NCBI GenBank assembly: GCA_040954595.2 | Contig: CM082579.2 | Coordinates: 2,968,345-3,032,344 of the forward strand | Source of the DNA: Balanoglossus misakiensis | Taxonomy: Eukaryota; Animalia; Hemichordata | Length of the DNA: 64,000 nt | Reading direction: 5' to 3' | Part shown: positions 1-11,126 of the stretch, in pieces | How positions within the stretch are numbered: position 1 is the first letter of the stretch | Layout of the letters: each line of letters starts with the position of its first letter | Translations under genes and position numbers: made by a program | Notes under the pieces: generated by a model | What the model was told of the DNA's origin: nothing | What the model saw: only the letters and a program-made list of their open reading frames with translations | The model's database searches: none

Positions 1-1098
1 CCAAGTTAAACCAAATGATAGCCTTTTGAACTCACTTAATGGACCTATACTCGCATGTAAGGAAACAGTGGTCGATTGAAGGTGTATTTGGAAAGGTGTA
101 CAGCGCATGTATGTGTCAAACATCATAATTGGTTTCGAGAAAGTACATTAGTAGAAGTAAAGAGTTGGGGAGGGGGGTCAGTAGATGCTTCGGACAACTG
201 CCACAGCTACTGTTGTGGGAGATACCCACATGAGTGACTGACAAAAATGGGTCGATGATAGACGGGTCTATAACAACTGATGGGACAGTTGTCTCTTCTG
301 TGACGGACGAGATTTTAAGTGGGAGAGTGTGGGGGTATTCACATGGCCCAGGTTGAAATAGCGAGGTACCATGGGGAGTTAGTTAATAGCCATCATTACA
401 GTGATGGACCAAATATTTGGAAACTTCAAATGGCAGGGGAAGTTGAACGGACGCTTGCGATGGGAAACCACAGACGGGGAGGATGGTAAAAAAAAGACCA
501 ACCACCTGTTACGGCCTTGCTAATGTTCGGCGACTTTACCATTCAATTAACATAATCAGTGTCTATTATCCGCAGGTTAAATACACAAACTGTGCATACC
601 TGTTTGGATTAAACAGTATATGTGAACGTTGCAATCCTATTAGTAGGACATATACTGTTGTATTCTCGTGTTATGGGATAATAAATTGATAAACAAATCG
701 ATTACCAGCGTGTTTGTAAACACTCCCTTGAGAGAATCCCTAGGGGGAAATTGCGTTTTTACTGTGTTGTTTCTGACAAAATTTCGAGCATCTCCACTGA
801 GTGTGATATGCGGTGACAGAGTTTTGGCCGTGACAAGGTAAAACCTTCTGGCCTTTTGCTGATCTGACCGGGGAATGAGAGGTATTTGGCAATGGCCAAT
901 TTCCGAGCTTTTATTTTACTCCAATTTATTATCATGGTTAAGAGCCATATAAACTCGGGCCCTCACCGAATGTTTGTGTAAAAATAACGGGCAGGCTTAT
1001 CACAGAGCCATTAAACACTGATCTCGGTAGGCAATAACACGCCCTGCTAGCTAGGAGTTGATCGCCAACATTTTGCGCGGGGTGTTTATGATCTGAAT

Positions 1099-1118
1099 GG
1101 TCGGTCGGTCGGTCGGTC
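1099..1118. repeat. (GGTC)5 microsatellite in the Xlox intron
   Basis: ggtcggtcggtcggtcggtc. Confidence 0.85.
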
Positions 1119-2419
1119 GTCAGTCACGCTTGGTGACTCGGACATTTTGTCAATCCGATCCCGAACACGGTGAATAGAGAGCGTGCATTTCCTGAGATGT
1201 CAATCACACCTAACCTGTTACTCGGCTACAGTTTACACCTATTGGTCACCGACATTAGAACTGAAAACGAGAATTTTGCCTTAAATGTGGTAGATCACTG
1301 ACACACGACAGACATATCCGTCGTGTTCAGTCCGCGGATAACAACAGCATTTTTAGACAGCCAGTTACCATGTGATTCACTTCTGTGTCCATTTGGTGTT
1401 ATTTATATCTTGTAGTAAATCTATAGCATGATTTTTGCATGGCTGTGGTACTCTTTGTCGAATATTTCAAAAGCACCGAGCAATCTTCTTTTTTATTTTT
1501 AGAAATACCACCTTTGTTTCTTTTTACACACCAAGTGTTCGTAGTGCCGGATCCAGCAAAAGTCGGGTGTGTTTTATTTTGAGTGAAACCGGGAACACAT
1601 GATAGATTTACAAACCTATGTCCGAGCAGAGAATCGAAAATATACGTACATTGTTTCTCATAGAATTCCTCGCTACATCGAACGATTTCTACGGGTACTA
1701 CATTGTTTACGTCTGGTAGCGTAACTGGTCCAGCTGTCTCGCGGCCTGGTTCACCTTAGCTATCTCTAGCGTGGCCTGACTGCTTGCAACAGAGGAAAAC
1801 AATCCAGAGGGCGATTTTCTGACACTTTTACCCCGACACTATTGACTAATCGTGATCTTTTGCCTCCCTGGTGTAATTTTGCCTGTAATTAAGTCGCTAA
1901 TGACGATTGGCCGGGAGTTCGGGGAGACCTAATGAAGTTTAATGCGAAAGCAGATGTGACCAGGTGCCAACGATGCTATATTAATGACTGTATTAGTTCG
2001 TGGTGGTGCGGCGGTAATGGTGATGTATATTGTAACTGGCTTATTAGACTCAACGTAATGACGAAATTTTGCATTCATCACAATGCTCTACACAGCTCGG
2101 ATACTTGTGTTGTTAGTAATCGCCCGGCAAAGCATGGGGCATTCCTGTTGGCGTGGCTATTACTGGTTTTAATGGGGTTTCGACAAAATCGCTTCCTGCA
2201 GTAAATGACCCACGATTTATCTCAGGTGATCTCATTATGGAAGTACCTAATAGTGAATTTATCTAGTTAAATGAAGAGAAGCGGGTACGGTTTTCTCATT
2301 TCGTTCCGATTTGCCATTTGGGGAAGATTCGCTTCAGAAAAAAAAACCGGGCGCACCTTGTTCTACCTGTGAAGTGTTGGAATGAACGTGTCCGAGTGGA
2401 GGACGAGGGAGGAACTTAC

Positions 2420-2846
2420 CGGGCCACTGGGCCTTCCACATGTGTGCATGTGATTTGGTGGTCTTCATCCACGGGTACGGCAGAGTTTGACCGCGCTGCT
2501 GGTCGACGCTGTTCATCTGGCCGCCACCACCGCCGTGGTTTACCTGCTGCTGGTGCGTCATGGACGCCATGGAGTTGACCGGAGGAGCGGCCGCGGATAC
2601 CGGCGCTACCTGCCCGACTTGGTGTAACTGCTGCGGTAGTTGACATGTCTCGCCGCTTGCGTGCTCAAGCCGCTGATGTTGTTCCACCACGGTCATAGTC
2701 TGTCCACCATAAGCGTGTTGGATCGTTGGCTTCGTCGCGTAAACACAGGCCGGCAAACCGGTATTATAGTTCACAGCGCCCTGAGCCGATACGTATTGCT
2801 CTTTAGGGTACATGGCCGAGGTGTAATACGGATTAGTACTATCCAT
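2420..2846 (-). CDS. Xlox: Xlox/Pdx (ParaHox) coding exon 1; homeobox exon is outside the window
   Basis: ORF 2334..2918 contains MDSTNPYY...LPACVY (cf. the Pdx PPACLY activation motif) and YPWMKTTKSHAHMWKAQWPG, the hexapeptide plus HxWKxQW signature of Xlox/Pdx. Phase-1 donor G|GTAAGT at 2420/2419. An in-frame upstream ATG exists at 2918, but 2846 matches the family N-terminus. No homeobox ORF in 1-2400. Confidence 0.93.
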
Positions 2847-2859
2847 GTTGGAAATATCC

Positions 2860-3030
2860 CTGTAATTAAGCCAAATATTACCGCTATAAAATACAGACAA
2901 ACTATCCCGATCAATCATTGTCAGAGCTTAAATTCAACAGGCAAATCACGTGACCCGCTAGGCTTCCACCATGTCCCGTCACCTGCCGTTCGAAGTTCAC
3001 AACTATTTACGAGTAAACAAAAAACAAACA
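2860..3030 (-). promoter_or_regulatory. Putative Xlox proximal promoter/5' region (E-box, Pbx-Meis, forkhead motifs)
   Basis: Minus strand GTCACGTGA at 2946-2954; TGACAATGATTGAT at 2910-2923; forkhead-type TATTTAC 3004-3010, GTAAACA 3013-3019 and AAACAAACA 3022-3030, all within 200 bp of the ATG. Confidence 0.5.
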
Positions 3031-6000
3031 GACCCTCGCCGCATCGGAGCGCACGACTTTTTTTCGATTACAAATACCAAGGGCGCCAATCCTTAAACAC
3101 TCACAGGCAATAAGGGCAGGTATTAGAAAATGCTTGTAGCTCCAAGCCCGGGCCGTCAATATCAGGTACAAGTCAAGAAGTAACACTGCTGCCGATGGTA
3201 TTTCAGCAAACACCGGCCGTAATGAAATAGTCCGCCCGGGGTTACACAGACCACTCCAGCGCATTTTGCGATACAGCTGTTGAGACCTGAATTATTGGCT
3301 CGCCGACTTTGCTGGCATTTTGTCCCGATTTGACAGGTAGTTCTCAATGGTTTCAGTCACAGCGGGTCACAGCAACACGCCGATTTATGGTGTGTGTATA
3401 CCTTTCTCATTGGCGTTTTTATAGCCCCTTGTTTAAAGTACGCAAAGAGGATAAATTACAGCACATAGGTGGTTGTTGGCAAATAATTCGCAGTGGAAAT
3501 CTGACGGGATTTAATTGGAGGGCAAACACAATATATCTCGGTGCGTGAAGCTGCAGAAAAAAATCACGGACTTCAAATAAAGAAACTGTGGACTTGGTAA
3601 TAATATTCAGTTGTATACTACCTCTGACACCCAACCGACTCGTGGGTAGCAATCTTCGCCTGTCTGTGCTCTCGCTATCTAATATTTAAATCTTGTAACC
3701 GATGGTCTTACACCTTGTTACATGCCTGTCAAATGACCTCATAGTGTTGACAGATCGACGGCTTTACAAGTTACGTCACCGCACTCATGTGAATTGCATG
3801 AGATGCTTGCTGGACAGTTTTTGTCGTCAAGCAATTTCACAGAAGTTCGAGATCTTCCAAAATAGCAACACCTTCGGCACAGAATAAATCTCTAACGTTT
3901 TGTTTGACAGTTGGTGAGGGAGCTATCGTTCCACGTTGAAAATCACCAAGCGATATCAAGAGAACCAGATTTATCTAGAGTCCGATTTAATTAGTGTACA
4001 TATTAACGGGCGCGCGAAATGATTTCAAGCTCGGATTCAGACGGAACAGACGAAGGGGGAGGGGGACAAGAAACTTCACTCCTCTGACAACCCCGTGCTG
4101 TTGTATGACAGCATAGTACGGGGGTCCCAAATAGAGCCCGACGTTTCGTGTTGGGACGGAGCGATCAATACATACTTGTCTGTGTGCCCTCGCTGACATA
4201 GCGATACCAGGCAACAGGTCCGGCTGTGTCCAGTTCTGTTTGTGTTATCTGTCTACTTTGAGACTAGGGACAAGATATTGTGCGATAACGGGCCGTGTAG
4301 TATCAGGCTGCCTCAAAGCTCTTATCTCGCGGGAGACACACACAGGAGCGGGCCGACTCGCACGCCGTCCGTGGGCGTGTGTAAAAATTGTGAAATAAAT
4401 CGATTCGCCATGACAACAGCATTCGAAATGTTGCCATGTTTTCTTTAGCGTCGTAATCACCGTGTAGCATGGGTTCACCGGATTACACATTTTATATTTG
4501 AGCCAGGCTGTATTTGAGCGAAGATTTGCCAGCAACATTTTGCAGGCTGTGATTACATGCGATCATAGTACTTTTATAATATTGCTTCTGGGTTTATCTT
4601 TTTAAAGTCAACATGATGATGACATAATTTTCACTGGTATACCATGTAAGTAGTTTACAATCTTAGCAATATTAATTCAATAAAAGTATAATTAAAATTC
4701 CATTTGAAAAAAAATTCTCCTCTCAGTTATTTGCAGTAACGATAAGCTTAGATTAGGCCTACTTATTCTCTTTCAAATAACTTCTGTGTTTTACAATAAT
4801 TATTATTTTTGTGTACATTTTTACATTCTAATTTGGCAGAAGGCCATCGGCGTGTCAAGTTTAATGAACTTTACTTTCAACGAATTGCAGCACAGATAGT
4901 CGACAAGCTGTCACGTCAATCACAGGACACCAGTCAGCGATCGGCCAATCGCATCAAAGCGTCGATGTCACAGTTCAGCCAATCAGAGCTCGCGAATTCA
5001 AGCACTGATTTCAATCTTATCACCGTCCGTGTCTGTGTACAGAGAAGAGCTGGACATGTCGAACCACGGCTCTGTTGCGGGTGAAGCGCCGTGTGTGTGC
5101 GTGAGAGCTCATGAATGAACTGGCGAAGAGGGTGCGATGACATGACGAATGTGGCGCGCATCAACAATGCTCTACAAACACATAACGTAAAACCCCATCA
5201 CATCGTTCACGATGATAGATGTGGGCCTGGCACCCACGACAGGAAGGTTTTCACACATTCTCAGAAGCCACGCCATAAATTTCTGTAACTTAAACAATAT
5301 TTATAGAAGTGAACGCTCCACGACATGTCACGACGTGGTTTTGCGCGGTAGGGGGGGGGGGGGTTGCGATGGCGTGAGTTCGACATGTTATGGTATGTAT
5401 GACTCCCTGGGTGTGGTAGTGTCACTTTGGTTTGCGGACCACATCAACAACTTCTGATCTCGGAGGCATACACTTTGCAACATTTTCAGGCATGACTACC
5501 AATACAAGGACTTGCGTATTGCGGATTTTGGCAATCGCTTATTGTTAGATTGCATGGAGTTTACAAATTCGGCAACTTTGGCCAATATTGAAGCTGTTTC
5601 CGATTTGCTACAGCTGATAAGATAGTTTTGACACTATATTCTACCTCTGGCATCCATACCTATTTGTGGAAAATCCTGTATTTTGAACTGAGTGTTCATT
5701 GACCTTTAGGACAGATTAAGTGCTGATAGACTTTGACTGCATTTTAGAAGTGGCGCGATTTATCAACAGCTTTCCGGGTGTATAAAATTCAAAGCTGTCC
5801 AAGGTATAGTTATAGCCACTGTTATATTGAATGGGTGGTCATTTTGGAACCGTCATAAGTTACTGAAATATTGCGCTATAATCAAAATCCTACTTAGACC
5901 TATTGTAGCCGAAAAAAATAAATCGATATTTGATCTTTGATTAGTAAGATCCGTGAAAAGCTGAGACTAATCGAAAATGGCATGGTGACAGTATATTATA

Positions 6001-9000
6001 TCACAATTTTATACGAGGTATATCTCTGACACGGACAGAGTCGCTAACTTTTTACATTGTATAATCGCATCCCTTGGTCTCGTTTGAATAGTTTTTGTTG
6101 TTCTGTAACGGAAACGGTCAAAACTGACTGTTATTAGAGTATTGACGCAATCTTCGACACGAATTCTCTGAACTGACCTAAGTACATGTACAAAAATGCA
6201 TTATGATTCGGATATCAAAGGATCTTTATCCGTCCAGCGTCTGTCTAAAATGTACGACCTTTTCCTGACTGAGCTCAAGTTTGCCAGACAGTCGAGTTAA
6301 TGAATATTATACCGTGGCTAAATAAAAAAGCCGGTTATCTGACCACTCTATGTGCTGACCGACATACGCTTTTATCGTAGGCGAATATGATTAAGGTTTC
6401 AGACGAGTGGGATATTTAAAAACGGGGAGTTTGGCAGAAAGTTATTTACAATCACGACGCAAATCGTGTCTGCCCCGGGACTAATGGACACTAGACGTCA
6501 CAACACACATTAAGTAAAACTGGGTTCCCACGGCTATTAATACAATGGAAGTGTTTGCAGGGATGTGCAACATTCGTGATAAGGTGTGATGGATACCAAA
6601 TAAAGCCTCGATGAAATTTAGGGGCAACCGATACATTTATACCAGGCGTGTTGTTATTCCATAAAGATGTGAAGACCAACGCCATGACCATCAACGAATT
6701 TACGAGTGAAAGGCGCGTGTCCAAGATCGTTTAATTGTTTCACTCTATTGTTTCATTCATAACATTACCATCATCTCTTACAATAACACACAAAAATTAC
6801 CGAAACCATATGGCACTCGACATGAAAATGATGGTGAGACCTTGAAATATGTACACGCACCTGTCAGGTGGTTCTAAGGAGACTGGGGAAATAAAGGTTA
6901 AATTAATTTACGAGTAAAGGACAAATTTTCAACGAAGTTGCACATCTTCCCCCATTTGTCTTTTAAATAATTATGTCTTTTCGTATCCGAACACTTTTAT
7001 GGTCATGTTATGTCCATTTATGGTTAAAAGGGCGTACTCATGACCGTGTGGTGGCGCACTTCTTTCGCGCGGTGCCCTTGTGTTACTCTCGTTCTTCGTT
7101 GACTGTAGTCTGTGCTTGAAAGATCGAGTTTTTTTTGCGAATAGCAATTCGTATAGCCAGTATAGCCAGCCACATCGTTGCGAACCGCAAGCATAGTAAA
7201 AATCAGTGTTACGTGGGCATGTCGATATTTGTGGTTGAAAGGAGAGCCTGGTCTTTGATGGTCGCTCACAGTTTTCACCAAGACTTGTTCCCGCCGAATC
7301 CCTAGATTTCCAGACCTCTGACGTAGATTTGGCGGGAAAATCAGGGAGATTTTGTGCATCGAAAAGAAAGCTGCCATTCTTTTGGGGGGTTCAGACGAGA
7401 GAGGATGATTTCGATCAGATAAAACTGAATATTCCATGTAGCGAGCACTCCACAGATAACACAAGTGGGATGGGAGTCTCAGAGGTTGCCTTGGTAACAG
7501 GTGACAACAAGGTCACCACTCGAAGGGGAAGTGGGTAACACTGGAAACAGAGGACGTCTGGGGTCAACGGATAAATGAAACGCGTGGTGACCTTTATACG
7601 CAATAAAATGTTTGTTGTGATTTCTTGGGACCGACAGGTTGCGCTGCGGTTGCACGGCGTGCGACTCAATTAAATGTTTTGGAGAAAAAGACAACGCCAT
7701 TTTGCGCTTATGTAACAGTATTGTCCATTCTGAAGCATGTAATGTACGCATGGATTTCAACCACCTGTTAAACATTCAAATGCTAATATGCGTAAAAACC
7801 AGGCATGCTTACATTACGTTTCATCTTCAGTAGAACGAGTCCCGTCAGGGCAATGGACCGCTTCTGTAATTAAAAACACGCAGACAAAGCTTTAGCTTTA
7901 ATAATAGTTTTATATTAAACCTTTAAGATCGTGTTTTGTCACCATCATCAGCAAATTGTACTGTTTCTCTCAATCGCCATATCCGTCTGGCAGTGTCGTC
8001 AAACTATCAGCGCGACCTATTTTAACGTCAGATTGGCCAAAACAGACTGACGTACGTGTGCTTCCCCTCAATTTTTATCAATATTCCTCCAATTTTCAAG
8101 GTCAGTCGGGTTAGAATTTGACAAAATCTCTTGCGAGGTGGCCTGGTGGTACCGTCACTGTCAGGCACTGTTTGCATCTCGTACTTGTCGCTCGAGCAGT
8201 CACGGCGACCCGAAGCGCAGACTCCCTATCGCTCCATCATATGATGTGAACGCAACCAGTGTAAGTACGCCGCTACAACGACCACCTTAATCGACTAAAC
8301 CCCTTAAGAATTCTTTGCATGCCATCGTTGGGCACGAGAAATCCGATGACATTTGACAAAATCGCAGAACACGCGAAACGGAATAAAGCCCGCCGGCAAA
8401 CACGGTTTAACCTTAAGTCCCACACACTGAACGGATGTTTCAAGTGTCGTAGCCGGGACAAGCCATCGTCTGTGTGCGTCTGCGGTGACACCGAATCAGA
8501 ACAGTAAGCTTACGGGTGTCAATTAAAATATCTAGCCGTATACAGAAGCTAATATCGTCCGTAGTGCCCATTTCATGCGTTGTCATGAGCTGCGTTCCTG
8601 TGAAATAAAATTTCAAAATCTTTGGCTTTCGCCCAAAAATTAGCTTAAATAAACTTTATCTTCAAATACATTCAGCGATCACCATGCACAGTGTGAATGA
8701 AGGAACTAAATTACTACAAATTACAAGATTTAAATTTTACAATAACGCTGGGAATAAGATCTCATATGTCATATGCTAGAAAGTGGCCTGAAGATGGCGC
8801 TTTCGTGATCCTGAAACTACTTGAACCTTTGTTTGTTTGTTGGTTGGTTCGCTTGTTTGTTTGTTTGTTTTTGTCACACTTAACTCAACACTAAGAGAAA
8901 AATTCTTCTTTTATACCAAAATAATAGATGGTGATGCATTTTAGGGTGCCAACCTCGGAAATGATCGTGTATATTCTTACTCTATATGAGTGGGGATTCA

Positions 9001-9456
9001 AAAACTCGACACACCTAATGACACTGGTCAGTCCTTCATTTCATACGATGCATTTAGTCTGGGTTTGGCGATGCGATGATAATGATTAAAACAAAAAATC
9101 GCTGCGTGATTCAACATAACTAAATTTAGTAGCAGCATCATCAATGTTATCTGGGTTCGGCAAATATTTTAGGTCGAGGGTCAACACAAATCAAGTTTAG
9201 TAGTAGACTGACTGGTCTGGGAAAAACTACGGCTTTTGTTTTATCTCTGACGTGTTGTCAGTTCACCTTTGACCCCGCGATAAATGTGGGCGATGACTGA
9301 TAAAATACATGTGAAATATTTAAGTTATTGACAACCTGGTGGTTAGGGACAGGGTGTGCCACGCGCCAGGTCACAGCAGCACACGACAGCCTTCAACTTA
9401 CCGATGCAAAAGGACCCTGGTGAATAAATGGATTAGGAATGAACCTGTGTCAGACC

Positions 9457-9491
9457 GCGTCGGACTCATGCGTCGGACCATGGCGTCGGAC
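9457..9491. repeat. 13-bp-period tandem repeat, 3x GCGTCGGAC
   Basis: Copies at 9457, 9470 and 9483. Confidence 0.75.
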
Positions 9492-11052
9492 TATACTTGT
9501 CCGAGACAACAGCGTCACCAACGGCAAAATCGAAAAAAAAAAAACATTTAGTTAACGCTCACTTTCCCCAGAATGACTCCAAAGCTGAACTCCAAGCCTA
9601 CTAAGAAATGATAAAAAGGTTTCCTGAATTTTTAATTTTGAAAACATGTCTGCAACGGTTGTTGTATCAATGTATCTCTCGGCTTTTCCCCAAGTTTCTG
9701 GCGTTAAAGGATTCCCGTAATATCTGGAAACTTTTGGGGTTACAAAATTGCCATGGTTACCGATATTCTTGTTTTAAATAAGCGATAATCTTTATTCATC
9801 TGCTTTTTAGCTTATTTGTTAACTTTACGGCTTGCTGTGGGCTAGCAGCCTGAACTTAATTTTAAAATCGTTCATTAAAAGAAGCGTTTGGAGAATGGCT
9901 GTAGGCATTGACGATCCGTCCGAGATGGACAAAGCGGCAGGTGGTTGCAGTGTTGGGTCTTGAACTTCATCCTGCCTCCATTTTTTGGCAAACGACATGA
10001 ATTAGTTTTAAATTGGACTTTATTCATTTCAAAAAAGCGCCGTCGCAAGGCGTGTACACGGGGCCATGACAATAACAATGTCGCCTTTCGGTTCAGCGGT
10101 ATTAAATTAATGCACTGTGCCCTCGGGGCGAATGGACTGCCGTGACAAAGGGCTATCGGGTTCCAGACGAATGACGTTGACTGTTTAAACAAAATCGTCA
10201 CACTTACAACTGGTTCTCGTATTAGATGTTAGTTTAGAACGACACGCCTTGACACATAAAGCACTTTCTGCTGTGCACACTCCAATGCAATCACTGTCAA
10301 TGACAAACACTTTCTATGATACCAGATCTACTGATAAAATACGCACACCAGCTTCTGCACTACCAGAATACTTCTCCCGGGACGCCACAATTGTTGGTTT
10401 TCATTTTTCTTTCGTCTTCATTGTAACTTCACGGGCGCCGAGATTGCACCAACAAAGTCTTGCAGTGTGGCCAACAGAGAGGGCGTCTCCCCCGGCACGT
10501 TGAGATCTCCAATGCTGGTCACCGTGACCGTGCCTATACGCACAGGATTGTCCCCGCATGGTATATGGCAAAACAGGGAAGGGTTCTCGGGCGTGATTTA
10601 CTACATCAATGGTTACACTGGGAAAAACGCACAAAAATAAATGACTACCTTAAATGTGACCAGGTGTGGGAAAATGAGGTAGCACGACCTCTGGGCGCGG
10701 TTTCCAGACCAGTGCAGCATGAAATAAGGCACAGCTTCCAAGCCGGCGAGGAACAGAACAGCTCACACGGGCAAGTCCAAATTAGTAGCTACGCCGCAAC
10801 ACAACGTGCGGGCTTTTTATATGGGGAAAATAATGAATGCACCACACCTGGTCACGCAAATATTCAAATTACGAATGTAAGCGAAAACACACCTGGTCAC
10901 AAAACAACAGCAAACTTCTCCTACGTAACAACGTGCTCTGCAAGAGAGTTTCACATTATGACGAAAGCCACTATTACGTCATAAGGTTTTGGGGGGTTCC
11001 CACCAGTAGTTCGTACGTATCACAAGTTGGATCGCGCACTGATAAAATGCCA

Positions 11053-11126
11053 GTATCATCGGAACTGGTCGATAGTTATCACGATAAGACGTATCATCGG
11101 AACTGTCGATCGCTATCTCTAAAGAC
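11053..11126. repeat. Imperfect ~38-bp tandem duplication
   Basis: gtatcatcggaactggtcgatagttatcacgataagac followed by gtatcatcggaactgtcgatcgctatctctaaagac. Confidence 0.8.

Noticed and set aside
1-720. Purine-rich stretch that might be a decayed retroelement or the Xlox homeobox exon
   Set aside because: No reverse transcriptase, endonuclease or homeodomain motif could be read; needs RepeatMasker.
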